A DNA stretch of 64,000 nt from assembly GCA_019057795.1 (NCBI GenBank), contig JAHLWS010000053.1, positions 1 through 64,000 on the forward strand, written 5' to 3'. The notes under the pieces are model-generated. The model was not told where the DNA came from. It saw only the letters and a program-made list of their open reading frames with translations, and did not search any database. This DNA comes from Promethearchaeota archaeon. Its GTDB lineage: Archaea; Asgardarchaeota; Lokiarchaeia; Sigyniarchaeales; SOKP01. Each line of letters begins with the position of its first letter. Positions within the stretch are counted from its first letter, which is position 1. This document shows positions 20,495 to 29,244 of this stretch, in pieces. Position numbers and translations under genes: made by a program.

Positions 20495-22855
20495 TTACTC
20501 CTCAACTATATTTAAATTCAGCTTTAATTTAGAGGCATAAAACATTATCTTATTAAAAATATCTTGATCTATCCCTAGTTTTACGCCTAAATTCAATATA
20601 TTCGAAAACTGGTTACCGTAATAGGTTTTAAACAACTCGGATACATTATATATGGCGTTTTGTTCAGAAGATTTAAGTATTTCAGATTTTTCAAATTCTT
20701 CTTTTCTTATTTTTAAGATTTCGCTAGAATATTTGACAAATTGTGTATGCCGCATTTTTTTTAGATCGAAAATCTTTGTACTTCCAAGCTCTCTTACTAC
20801 GAGTACATTTTTTACGATTGAATGAATTTTATTGAGCAGTTTCGTTCTAAATTCATCCAAATTACTTACTTCGCTTAATAGCTCCTGAATTATTTCAGGA
20901 AATGGTAAATCTAATCCAGCTAATTCAGTCGTTAAATTTAATAATATTAAAATTTGATCCGTTTTCTCTTCAGAATTAGATTTTAATTCTTGATAAATAA
21001 ATTCTCTTTCTTTATTTATAAAATCGAATAAAAATTTTCTAAAAGCTTTTACAAATTGACGATAGTTTGGGACAAATAGTCTATTTGGGTTATTTGATAT
21101 AATTTCATAAGCTTTAAAAGGACTAATCTTTTTATCGAGAACTGATTTGATAAGAGATAAAGGGTAATATCCTTCAATAAATACCATCCCCTTCGAAATA
21201 CTATTAATTGCGTCTTTAAACGAACATTTTGCGATTATATTGATTCTTTTAACGATATTTCCTTCAATTTTTACCGGAGTTTTTTGACAATAAACTAAAT
21301 CGAACGGTTTCAAGTCATGAAAAAGAGAGTTGTTTTGATCTGGGATAACAATTTGAGCACCATATGCATTTACTAGACTACCTTGTCTTGGCTTACTAGC
21401 TAAATCCCATTCTATTATCATAAGGTCGTTAATATTAGAATAATCTTGATCAATGTCGTAATTGTATTCTATAGGTTTACTTATTAACGAAAAGACATCA
21501 ATAGAATTAATTTCATAACTATTTTCTTCTCCCCAAAATTGTTTTTTATAATAAAAAATATCTGGGAAGTTGTTTAAATCGTCTAAAAACAATTCTTTAA
21601 TTATTAAATAGTTAACCCCAATTTCTGAAGATTTAATGATAGATTCGTTTATTCCATAAAAACCTATGTGTCTTATAACGTAATTGTAAGCGGGGTTTCT
21701 GAGATTCTCTTTATCGTGATTAACGATATAGGTGTTTCTCTTTTTTCTAAAATCAACTTTAGATTTTTTGATTTTATATTTATCCTTAAGTAGATTGAGA
21801 AAAGCAAATTTCTTTAAATATACTTTCTTTTCTAATTCTTTTATTTCGCTTTTATAAGCCTTATATTCGTCATAGTACGCATCTTTTTGAATCTGAAAAA
21901 CTTCAAAATGCCTCTTCATTAGCTTTAGTTTATCTATTACGCAGAAATTCTCTATTTCGCTTTTAAAATACTCAACAATTTCGCTTTTAAATGATTCAAA
22001 AGCCTTCAAAGGTATTAAATCTTTGAATAGCGGATTAAGATTAACAAGAGTTTCGTAATTTTTTTTTATAAAAAAAGTTGAAAAGTACATTTCATTAAAA
22101 TCGTTTGAATTAGCCATTTTTTCCAATTTCTTAAGTATAGACGAAACAAAAGATTCGTTTTGAAATTTATATACATCTAATAATCTATCAAATGATTCTA
22201 TAATTCTAAGTATTTCATAAAAAGTGTATTTTGAAACCGAATTTAGAAATAGTTTAATCCCTTTTTCTATGTAGTGATTGTATTTGAGAAGATAAGGACC
22301 TAATTCATTATCGTAGGCAGATTGCAGAAATTCAAAAAATTCAATATACAAATTATTTTCAATTGCTGTTTTCAAATACCTTTCTATAATCGATTCGCAC
22401 TCGTGTTGATTTATAATCGCTTTATTTAAATAATTTAGTCCCTCAACACAATTTTCACATTCAAAACAAGCATTAGCTAATTTCAAATAGTTTTTACTCT
22501 TCTTTTTGGAACCAAGGTCTTCAGAAGTTAAATAAAAATCGTCAATATTGTTGATAATTTTTAAAGAAATCGACGGTTTTATTATCGTTAAAAGTCTTAT
22601 TAGATGGATACATATCTTATCATCTCTTTCGCTGTGTATTAAAAAAGTAGGACAATCGTGGAATATTTCATTTTTTTTCTCGTTAATAACTAGGTGGAAT
22701 TCCCGGTCATTATCTAAGATGATTGATCTTATCTTTATTGGATCTTCTTTCAGTGAAATTATATTAATTTTATTTTTCTGGAACTCAACTGATTTCGTAT
22801 AAATTTCAATTCCATATTTCTCAATTATTAATTCTGATAATTTACTTTTTGTCAT
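20495..22855 (-). CDS. SWIM-type zinc-finger protein with helical repeats
   Basis: N-terminal HDCPTF...KICIH; third gene of the AAA-VWA operon. Confidence 0.65.
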   Translation of the reverse strand: MTKSKLSELIIEKYGIEIYTKSVEFQKNKINIISLKEDPIKIRSIILDNDREFHLVINEKKNEIFHDCPTFLIHSERDDKICIHLIRLLTIIKPSISLKIINNIDDFYLTSEDLGSKKKSKNYLKLANACFECENCVEGLNYLNKAIINQHECESIIERYLKTAIENNLYIEFFEFLQSAYDNELGPYLLKYNHYIEKGIKLFLNSVSKYTFYEILRIIESFDRLLDVYKFQNESFVSSILKKLEKMANSNDFNEMYFSTFFIKKNYETLVNLNPLFKDLIPLKAFESFKSEIVEYFKSEIENFCVIDKLKLMKRHFEVFQIQKDAYYDEYKAYKSEIKELEKKVYLKKFAFLNLLKDKYKIKKSKVDFRKKRNTYIVNHDKENLRNPAYNYVIRHIGFYGINESIIKSSEIGVNYLIIKELFLDDLNNFPDIFYYKKQFWGEENSYEINSIDVFSLISKPIEYNYDIDQDYSNINDLMIIEWDLASKPRQGSLVNAYGAQIVIPDQNNSLFHDLKPFDLVYCQKTPVKIEGNIVKRINIIAKCSFKDAINSISKGMVFIEGYYPLSLIKSVLDKKISPFKAYEIISNNPNRLFVPNYRQFVKAFRKFLFDFINKEREFIYQELKSNSEEKTDQILILLNLTTELAGLDLPFPEIIQELLSEVSNLDEFRTKLLNKIHSIVKNVLVVRELGSTKIFDLKKMRHTQFVKYSSEILKIRKEEFEKSEILKSSEQNAIYNVSELFKTYYGNQFSNILNLGVKLGIDQDIFNKIMFYASKLKLNLNIVEE

Positions 22856-22859
22856 TATT

Positions 22860-25373
22860 CTAAAATCTCGATTTTATAATATCAGAAATTAATTTTGGAA
22901 AGTCGTTCCAATCTTTTATAGTTAATAATTGCCCTCCTGCGATTTTTACCATTTTTTTTGCTTCTTTTAAGTTGAAGGAGGATTCTGGGCAGACTAAGAT
23001 AAAATCAATCCCTAAAGAGCGGAAAATTCTTAATGTTTCAATAGATTGCTGAAGGTCGTATATTTCAGCATCAGTAAATAATACGTTCAGCTTTTCACGG
23101 GAGCTTGATTTTTCTTTAAATTGTTTTTTTGCCCATTCTAAGGCACTTTGAAGCCTCGTACCGCCCTTAGCTGAAACAGAGAGCAACTCATCAGCTAATT
23201 TTTCTAAATCTACTTTTTTAGATAATTCCTTTAAAACATGCGTATCTGACTCGAAAAATGCAATAGCAATCTCATCTTTTCTCATCCCATATACTAACAT
23301 CGTCACACATATTGCCATATATGCTAGTTTTTCTCCTGTCATCGAACCACTAATATCAAGTTCAAAGCATAACGAGCGTAATCCTTTTGCGGTCTCATAG
23401 ACAAAAAAATCGTCGTAATTAATGTGGTCTAATTTTTTACCTTTTTCTAAAAGGTTAAAGATTGTTTCCTCTAGGTCTATATTTTCGAAGTCGTCTCCTA
23501 TTGTGTAGGGTCTTACTATGTTAATAGGTGTAGGCCCGGTCGTTGCACTGCCTAAACGAGCCCTTGAGTAATATATTCCTAACTCAATTAGCATTTTTTT
23601 TGCTAATTCCTTAACCTTTAATTTAACTTGCTCTGGTAGATTGTTTCTATGAATAAACCATTGTTTAAGGAGATTCTCACCGGTACCCGCAGATAAACAA
23701 GCAATTAATTTATCTTGCGCTTCTTTGCCCCCTATTTGCTGAGCACCTTTTAAAGCCTCACTCAAATTAAAATGACCAATTGCGCCTAAAGCATCCCTAT
23801 TATCGGAAGCTAACGCACTGCTTAAAAGCTCTCTAATTCTATCTTTATTTAGTTGGTCTTTAATCTGATTCATTAAATTGTTAATTCTCTGAAAATCTGC
23901 TATCTTCTTTTCAATCGTTTTTTTAAGTAATTGATAGTTAGGTTCAATTAATTCATATATTTCTTCTTCGGGCATTTTAAGTTTTTTTCCAATTCTTTTA
24001 ATATCTTCTGCTTCAGGATTTAATCCGATCTTTCTTAAGAATTCTGTTGCGTTTCTTAATTGGTCAGGCGTTTCACATGCTTCTAGTGTTTGAGAAACTA
24101 ATTCGGGTAATTTTTGAGATATTTTTTGTCCACAGTGCATGTTTGGGCAGCTATTCATTAATTGTTGCATTTGATGAGAAAGCGATTTAAATGCTTCAAA
24201 CTTAATATTTTGACTATTTGCCTCATCGATCGCATTTTTCATAGCTTGGTTAAATAGCGAATTCCAAGATTTATTAGCAAATGCATTTTTTGTCAATATA
24301 TCTAACGATAAATTCAATTGTTTCTTCTGTTTTTGCGAATTTTGCATTTGTTCATTTAATTTATTAAGCAATTCTTCTCTTAAATTAGTACCAAAATATT
24401 GATCTAGCGAGTCTGCTAGGTTAAAATTATGCTCAAATGAAGATTGGTTTAGCGAATTATTCAAAACTTTGTCTTGATCAAACTTAGGAGTTTCGCCTAA
24501 AGTTTTTGCGGCATTAAATAGTTGATCTAAATTATTTAATTGGTTCTGAAGTTGATTTTTAATATTTTGGATTTGATCTTTTATGCTTTGATTGTCCGAA
24601 GTCTCATTAATAAATTTTATAGACTTTAAAAGATCATCTAATTTGTTTGAATTAATTAGTTTTGATAAATCTTCTGAAATATCCTGATTATTGAGAGCTT
24701 TACTTGCGAGCTTTTCCCATTCCCTTAAGGAATTTTGCTGGATTAAGTCGTTTAAACCTAAATTCGAGCCAGCTTTTAAATCGTCAGGACTTAACGAATT
24801 TATTTTTTGTTCTAGCCTTTTTTGGGCTTCTTGAATTAGTTTTTCTAAGGAAGATATTTCTTCTTTATACAATTCCGAATCGTCGTTAAAAAAATTTAAT
24901 GCAGATTTATATGGCTCTTTCTCCCTATTCGAATTTAATTCTTTAAGAAATTCCTCTAATTTTTGAATCTCATCTGTATCTATTGATTTCGTCGCCTCAA
25001 TTTCGTCTATAATCTCTTGAAGTTGATCTAATTCAGACTTCATCTCGGATTCTACAAGGTCTTCAAGAAATTTATCAACTGTATCTTCGCTCTGAAAAAA
25101 CGAGTCAATAATATCTTTTTTGTAATTTGGAAAGAGAATTTTAAAAGCAATATCTTTTGCTAATTCCTGATTATCCGGAAACGAAGTTACGGTACTTATT
25201 TCTATGTAATCGTTAGGTGACACAAAGCCCTTTCGATAATACCTTGATAAAATTAACTTTGGAATTGATAAAACTTGACGTGATGACGGAATTTGGATAA
25301 TGTCGGCATGAGACCTCATTTTTCTAATGAAATCTACAGCAAATTCGCAAGGATTTTCAGGAAAAACTGCCAT
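22860..25373 (-). CDS. VWA-domain protein (MoxR partner)
   Basis: MIDAS DISGSM...GGT...FTD near the C-terminus; IDLEETI pre-VWA segment. Confidence 0.9.
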   Translation of the reverse strand: MAVFPENPCEFAVDFIRKMRSHADIIQIPSSRQVLSIPKLILSRYYRKGFVSPNDYIEISTVTSFPDNQELAKDIAFKILFPNYKKDIIDSFFQSEDTVDKFLEDLVESEMKSELDQLQEIIDEIEATKSIDTDEIQKLEEFLKELNSNREKEPYKSALNFFNDDSELYKEEISSLEKLIQEAQKRLEQKINSLSPDDLKAGSNLGLNDLIQQNSLREWEKLASKALNNQDISEDLSKLINSNKLDDLLKSIKFINETSDNQSIKDQIQNIKNQLQNQLNNLDQLFNAAKTLGETPKFDQDKVLNNSLNQSSFEHNFNLADSLDQYFGTNLREELLNKLNEQMQNSQKQKKQLNLSLDILTKNAFANKSWNSLFNQAMKNAIDEANSQNIKFEAFKSLSHQMQQLMNSCPNMHCGQKISQKLPELVSQTLEACETPDQLRNATEFLRKIGLNPEAEDIKRIGKKLKMPEEEIYELIEPNYQLLKKTIEKKIADFQRINNLMNQIKDQLNKDRIRELLSSALASDNRDALGAIGHFNLSEALKGAQQIGGKEAQDKLIACLSAGTGENLLKQWFIHRNNLPEQVKLKVKELAKKMLIELGIYYSRARLGSATTGPTPINIVRPYTIGDDFENIDLEETIFNLLEKGKKLDHINYDDFFVYETAKGLRSLCFELDISGSMTGEKLAYMAICVTMLVYGMRKDEIAIAFFESDTHVLKELSKKVDLEKLADELLSVSAKGGTRLQSALEWAKKQFKEKSSSREKLNVLFTDAEIYDLQQSIETLRIFRSLGIDFILVCPESSFNLKEAKKMVKIAGGQLLTIKDWNDFPKLISDIIKSRF

Positions 25374-25391
25374 AAAATAACTTTTTACCCC

Positions 25392-26333
25392 CTACGCACC
25401 TAAAGTTTTATGAATAATACTTTCAATAATATTTTCAACTTTTGTACCCGGCTTTGGTTTCATACTTCCTAGTAGAACATTACGAGTGATCTCTGAAAGA
25501 TATTCGTTAGTTGATGTTTTTTCTTTTATTTTTCCTTCTTTTTCTAAAGATCGTCTTCGAGCTAATAGTTTTGCCATCGCAATTCCGGCTCGAATTGACG
25601 CTGGTACTTCAATATCTATTTTATTCTTTCTTGTTTCGTTTATTATCGAATAAATTAATTCTAATTCAGACTCTTCGATAATAAAATGTTCCGGCAAATT
25701 TATTCTTATAATCTCGAGCTCAGTCGCTTTATCGGGATACGTCAGTTTAATCCAGATCTTAATTCTATCCTTTAAAGCCTCAGATAATCGATGGGTGCCC
25801 GAAAGCTCTTCCGGGTTCATAGCAGAAATAAAGAAGAAATCCTTGCTAGCTTTTATTCGACCCAAGTGCGGAATGTTTATCGATTCTTCCTCTAAAGGTT
25901 CCAATAAAGTATTTTGCGAGTATTCAGTAGCTCGATTTATTTCATTTGCTAAAAAAGTCCCACCTTCTAACATTGCGCTCAAAAGCGGACCGGGGTTAAA
26001 AGCTTCTAACACAAATCCCTTTTTTAAAGTAATAGCAGGATCGAAACTACCTATAAAATGTGAAGGTTTTATGCTTTCGTCCATGGTGAGCCAGAAAAAG
26101 CTCTTATTTCTTTTTTCTTTAGCTCTTAAACTAGCAAAATATCTACATAAAATTGTTTTACCCACTCCAGGTGGCCCAACAAGAGCTGGAAATAGTCCTG
26201 TTGCCTCGGCATCTCTAAGTAATTCCATCGCTTTACCATATTGTCCGGATAGAACAATATCAATTGGTTCTTGAGATATATCTTTTATAAGTTGTTGCTG
26301 AAATAACTCCTCGAATCTTTCTTTATTAATCAT
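25392..26333 (-). CDS. MoxR-family AAA+ ATPase
   Basis: GPPGVGKT, FNPGPL, NEINRA, AMNP, LSEALKDR. Confidence 0.92.
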   Translation of the reverse strand: MINKERFEELFQQQLIKDISQEPIDIVLSGQYGKAMELLRDAEATGLFPALVGPPGVGKTILCRYFASLRAKEKRNKSFFWLTMDESIKPSHFIGSFDPAITLKKGFVLEAFNPGPLLSAMLEGGTFLANEINRATEYSQNTLLEPLEEESINIPHLGRIKASKDFFFISAMNPEELSGTHRLSEALKDRIKIWIKLTYPDKATELEIIRINLPEHFIIEESELELIYSIINETRKNKIDIEVPASIRAGIAMAKLLARRRSLEKEGKIKEKTSTNEYLSEITRNVLLGSMKPKPGTKVENIIESIIHKTLGA

Positions 26334-26499
26334 TTTATTTTCTCTGATTAAAGACGACTATTCAAAGTCTTTCTTTTTGTAAATAATAAGTATTTGGTAA
26401 TTTTTAACTTTGAATATAATAAGATAAAAGGATCATAAATAAGTAATAAAATTAAAATAGAAGTCTATTTGTTTTTAAAAAAGAAAGGTAATTATATGA

Positions 26500-26530
26500 T
26501 AACCTTAGAAAGAGCACCAATTTAAGGTTA
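26500..26530. promoter_or_regulatory. Spaced inverted repeat, candidate operator
   Basis: TAACCTTA-N15-TAAGGTTA between the divergent MoxR operon and the glycyl radical enzyme gene. Confidence 0.35.
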
Positions 26531-26644
26531 AAGGTTATTAAAAATTTTATAATAACTCGTAACAACTTTTATTTAGTTTTAAAATTATAATAAAAATTAA
26601 AGTAATGATATTTTAATTAAAAATTAATCAAAAATTACAATTTT

Positions 26645-29035
26645 TTGGGAATAACAATGCAAATAGAACAAATTTCTCCTTCGGGTAATGAAGATCGAAT
26701 TTCACGATTGAAAAATAGAGTGGTTTTACAGCCACACGAACTCTGCATAGAAAGAGCTAAGCTTTTCACGGAATCTTATAAAAGTACAAAGGGCGAGGCT
26801 CCAAATATAAGATTTGCGAAAGCTATGCACCATCTTTTTACAAATATGACAATAAAAATATGGGACGATGAATTTATTGTTGGAAATCGATGTACTAAAT
26901 TTGTTGGAACGTCCTTATATCCTGAAGTACGCGTTGATACAATTGAGCAAGATATTAACCTTTATAACAATCGAGAAACTCAACGGCTATTACTTTCAGA
27001 TGACGATAAACAAATCATAATCGAAGAAATTATACCTTATTGGAAAAACGAAGAAGAGACTACTAAATCCAGATTTGACTCTTATTTAAGTCCCGAATTA
27101 ACCGATCTCATGTTAAATCTACTCTATATCGTGGACACAAACATAACTAACGGGACGGGGCATTTCTTCCCAGGACATCAAAACGTCTTAAAAGCGGGAT
27201 TTGACGGCTTAATTCAAAAAGCAAGAGAGAAGATGAAAGAATTTTCAAAAGATCAAAAGAAAATGAACTTTTTGGAGTCAGTTATTATTGTTTTAGATGG
27301 TTCTAAAGAGTTTATTCAAAGATTCTCAATATTGGCAACGGAATTAGCAGAAAAAGAAGGCAATAGTAATAGAAAAAAAGAACTTTATGAAATTGCTGAA
27401 ATTTGTTCTAATATCTCTGGTAACCCACCATCCTCATTTAAAGAAGCCTTTCAATTATTATATTTCACTCACGTTATTGCTGGCCTCGAAGATGGAGGCT
27501 TTGCTATTAGTATAGGACGCATTGATCAAGTTCTCTATCCTTTTTATTTTGAGGATAAAAAAAAAGGGACTATAACTGATGAAGAAGTACAATTCTTAAT
27601 TGAATGTTTTTACTTGAAGCTTACAACTCTATGGAATTATGTCCTCCATAAAGGAATTATAGCTGCAGAAGGCCCGCCACTTACGGCAAATATGACGATA
27701 GGAGGCGTTGATGAGGATGGAAACGACGCTACTAATCAATTGTCGTATCTATTCTTAGATTCTTATAAAAAGCTAAAAACAGTTCAACCTACTTTTTCCG
27801 TCCGCATTCATAATAAATCTCCAGACGATTTACTTGTAAAAACAGGAGAAGCAATTAAATCTGGAGCGAGTATTGCGTTGTTCAACGATGTTGTTATGAT
27901 TCCAGGTCTTAACAACCTTGGTTATACTCTCGAAGATGCACGTGGATACGCGCCAATAGGGTGTGTAGAACCAACACATACTTACAAGTCATTTGGATGT
28001 ACAAACGCTACTCAATTAAATATTGTGAAGTGTTTAGAGCTAACATTGAACAATGGGACAGATATGTTTACAAGAAAGCCATATGGCATTGAAAACACAA
28101 AAAAGCTCTCTTCATACCAAGATTTATTGGACGAATTTTCGAACCAACTTAGCTTTTTTACTAAAAATTTGGTAGAAACAATGTCTTTCCTTGAGAAAGC
28201 TATTGCTGAGCTCAATCCGCAACCCTTTTTATCCGCAACTATAGACGATTGCATTGAACGGGGGTGTGATATCACAAGTGGAGGTGCTAAATATGATTTT
28301 ACTACGACTCAACTGATTGGTTTATCTACGGTTGCCGATTCCCTTGCTGTAATTAAAAAAATGGTCTACGAGGAAAAATTATTCTCTTTAGAAGAGTTAA
28401 CCAAGATATTATCAAAGAATTACCGAGGTAGTTATAATGGGAAAAAGGGAGAAGAAATAAGACAAATCTTTATTAATAAAGTTCCTAAGTTTGGAAACGA
28501 TAACGATTATGTCGATATTATAGCTCGTGAGGTAGCAGATTTGTTCTGTAATGAAATTCTTAAATATAAGAATTATAGAGGCGGAAATTATCATCCAGGA
28601 ATTTATTCTACAGCTTTTCACTTAGCATTTGGAGTTTTTACAGCAGCCTCCGCTGATGGAAGAAAAGCAAGAGAACCATTATCAAATGGAGTTGGTCCAA
28701 CCAACGGAAGGGATAAAAACGGCCCAACTGCGATACTTAATTCGATAATGAAGCTGGATAATGAGTTAATAACGAATGGAAACTCAGTAATATTAGCTTT
28801 TCATCCAAACACACTAAAGATGGAATTGTTCCTTCCACTCATTAGAACCTATTTTGAAGAAAATGGAGGTTATCACATACAATTTAATGTGGTTGGAAAA
28901 GAAACTCTATGTGATGCTCAAATAAATCCAAAAGAATATCAAGGCTTAGTTGTTCGGATCGCTGGGTATTCCGTATTGTTTACGGAATTATCTAAATCCG
29001 CACAAGACGAGATTATTGGTCGAACGGAGTTTTAA
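26645..29035 (+). CDS. Glycyl radical enzyme (PFL2/dehydratase/lyase type)
   Basis: Cys loop IGCVEP and glycyl loop LVVRIAGYS; single Cys, so not canonical PFL; start may be ATG at 26657. Confidence 0.93.
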   Translation: MGITMQIEQISPSGNEDRISRLKNRVVLQPHELCIERAKLFTESYKSTKGEAPNIRFAKAMHHLFTNMTIKIWDDEFIVGNRCTKFVGTSLYPEVRVDTIEQDINLYNNRETQRLLLSDDDKQIIIEEIIPYWKNEEETTKSRFDSYLSPELTDLMLNLLYIVDTNITNGTGHFFPGHQNVLKAGFDGLIQKAREKMKEFSKDQKKMNFLESVIIVLDGSKEFIQRFSILATELAEKEGNSNRKKELYEIAEICSNISGNPPSSFKEAFQLLYFTHVIAGLEDGGFAISIGRIDQVLYPFYFEDKKKGTITDEEVQFLIECFYLKLTTLWNYVLHKGIIAAEGPPLTANMTIGGVDEDGNDATNQLSYLFLDSYKKLKTVQPTFSVRIHNKSPDDLLVKTGEAIKSGASIALFNDVVMIPGLNNLGYTLEDARGYAPIGCVEPTHTYKSFGCTNATQLNIVKCLELTLNNGTDMFTRKPYGIENTKKLSSYQDLLDEFSNQLSFFTKNLVETMSFLEKAIAELNPQPFLSATIDDCIERGCDITSGGAKYDFTTTQLIGLSTVADSLAVIKKMVYEEKLFSLEELTKILSKNYRGSYNGKKGEEIRQIFINKVPKFGNDNDYVDIIAREVADLFCNEILKYKNYRGGNYHPGIYSTAFHLAFGVFTAASADGRKAREPLSNGVGPTNGRDKNGPTAILNSIMKLDNELITNGNSVILAFHPNTLKMELFLPLIRTYFEENGGYHIQFNVVGKETLCDAQINPKEYQGLVVRIAGYSVLFTELSKSAQDEIIGRTEF

Positions 29036-29136
29036 TTCCATTCAAATGTAATTCATTTTATTTTTTGAAGAAAAATCAAAAAAATTTTTAGTTATTATTA
29101 TTTTTTTATTGTATCTAAATATTTAAAAATAAAAAT

Positions 29137-29208
29137 GGGCCTGTAGATCAGTCGCAGATCGCTTGCTTCGCATGTAAGAGGGCACGGGTTCAATTCCCGT
29201 CAGGTCCA
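29137..29208 (+). tRNA. tRNA-Ala(CGC), intronless, CCA not encoded
   Basis: Acceptor GGGCCTG/CAGGTCC with G3:U70; anticodon arm CTTGC-TTCGCAT-GTAAG; T-arm ACGGG-TTCAATT-CCCGT. Confidence 0.93.
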
Positions 29209-29244
29209 CTATTATATTAAATAACTATCTAAAAAGGTATGTAA

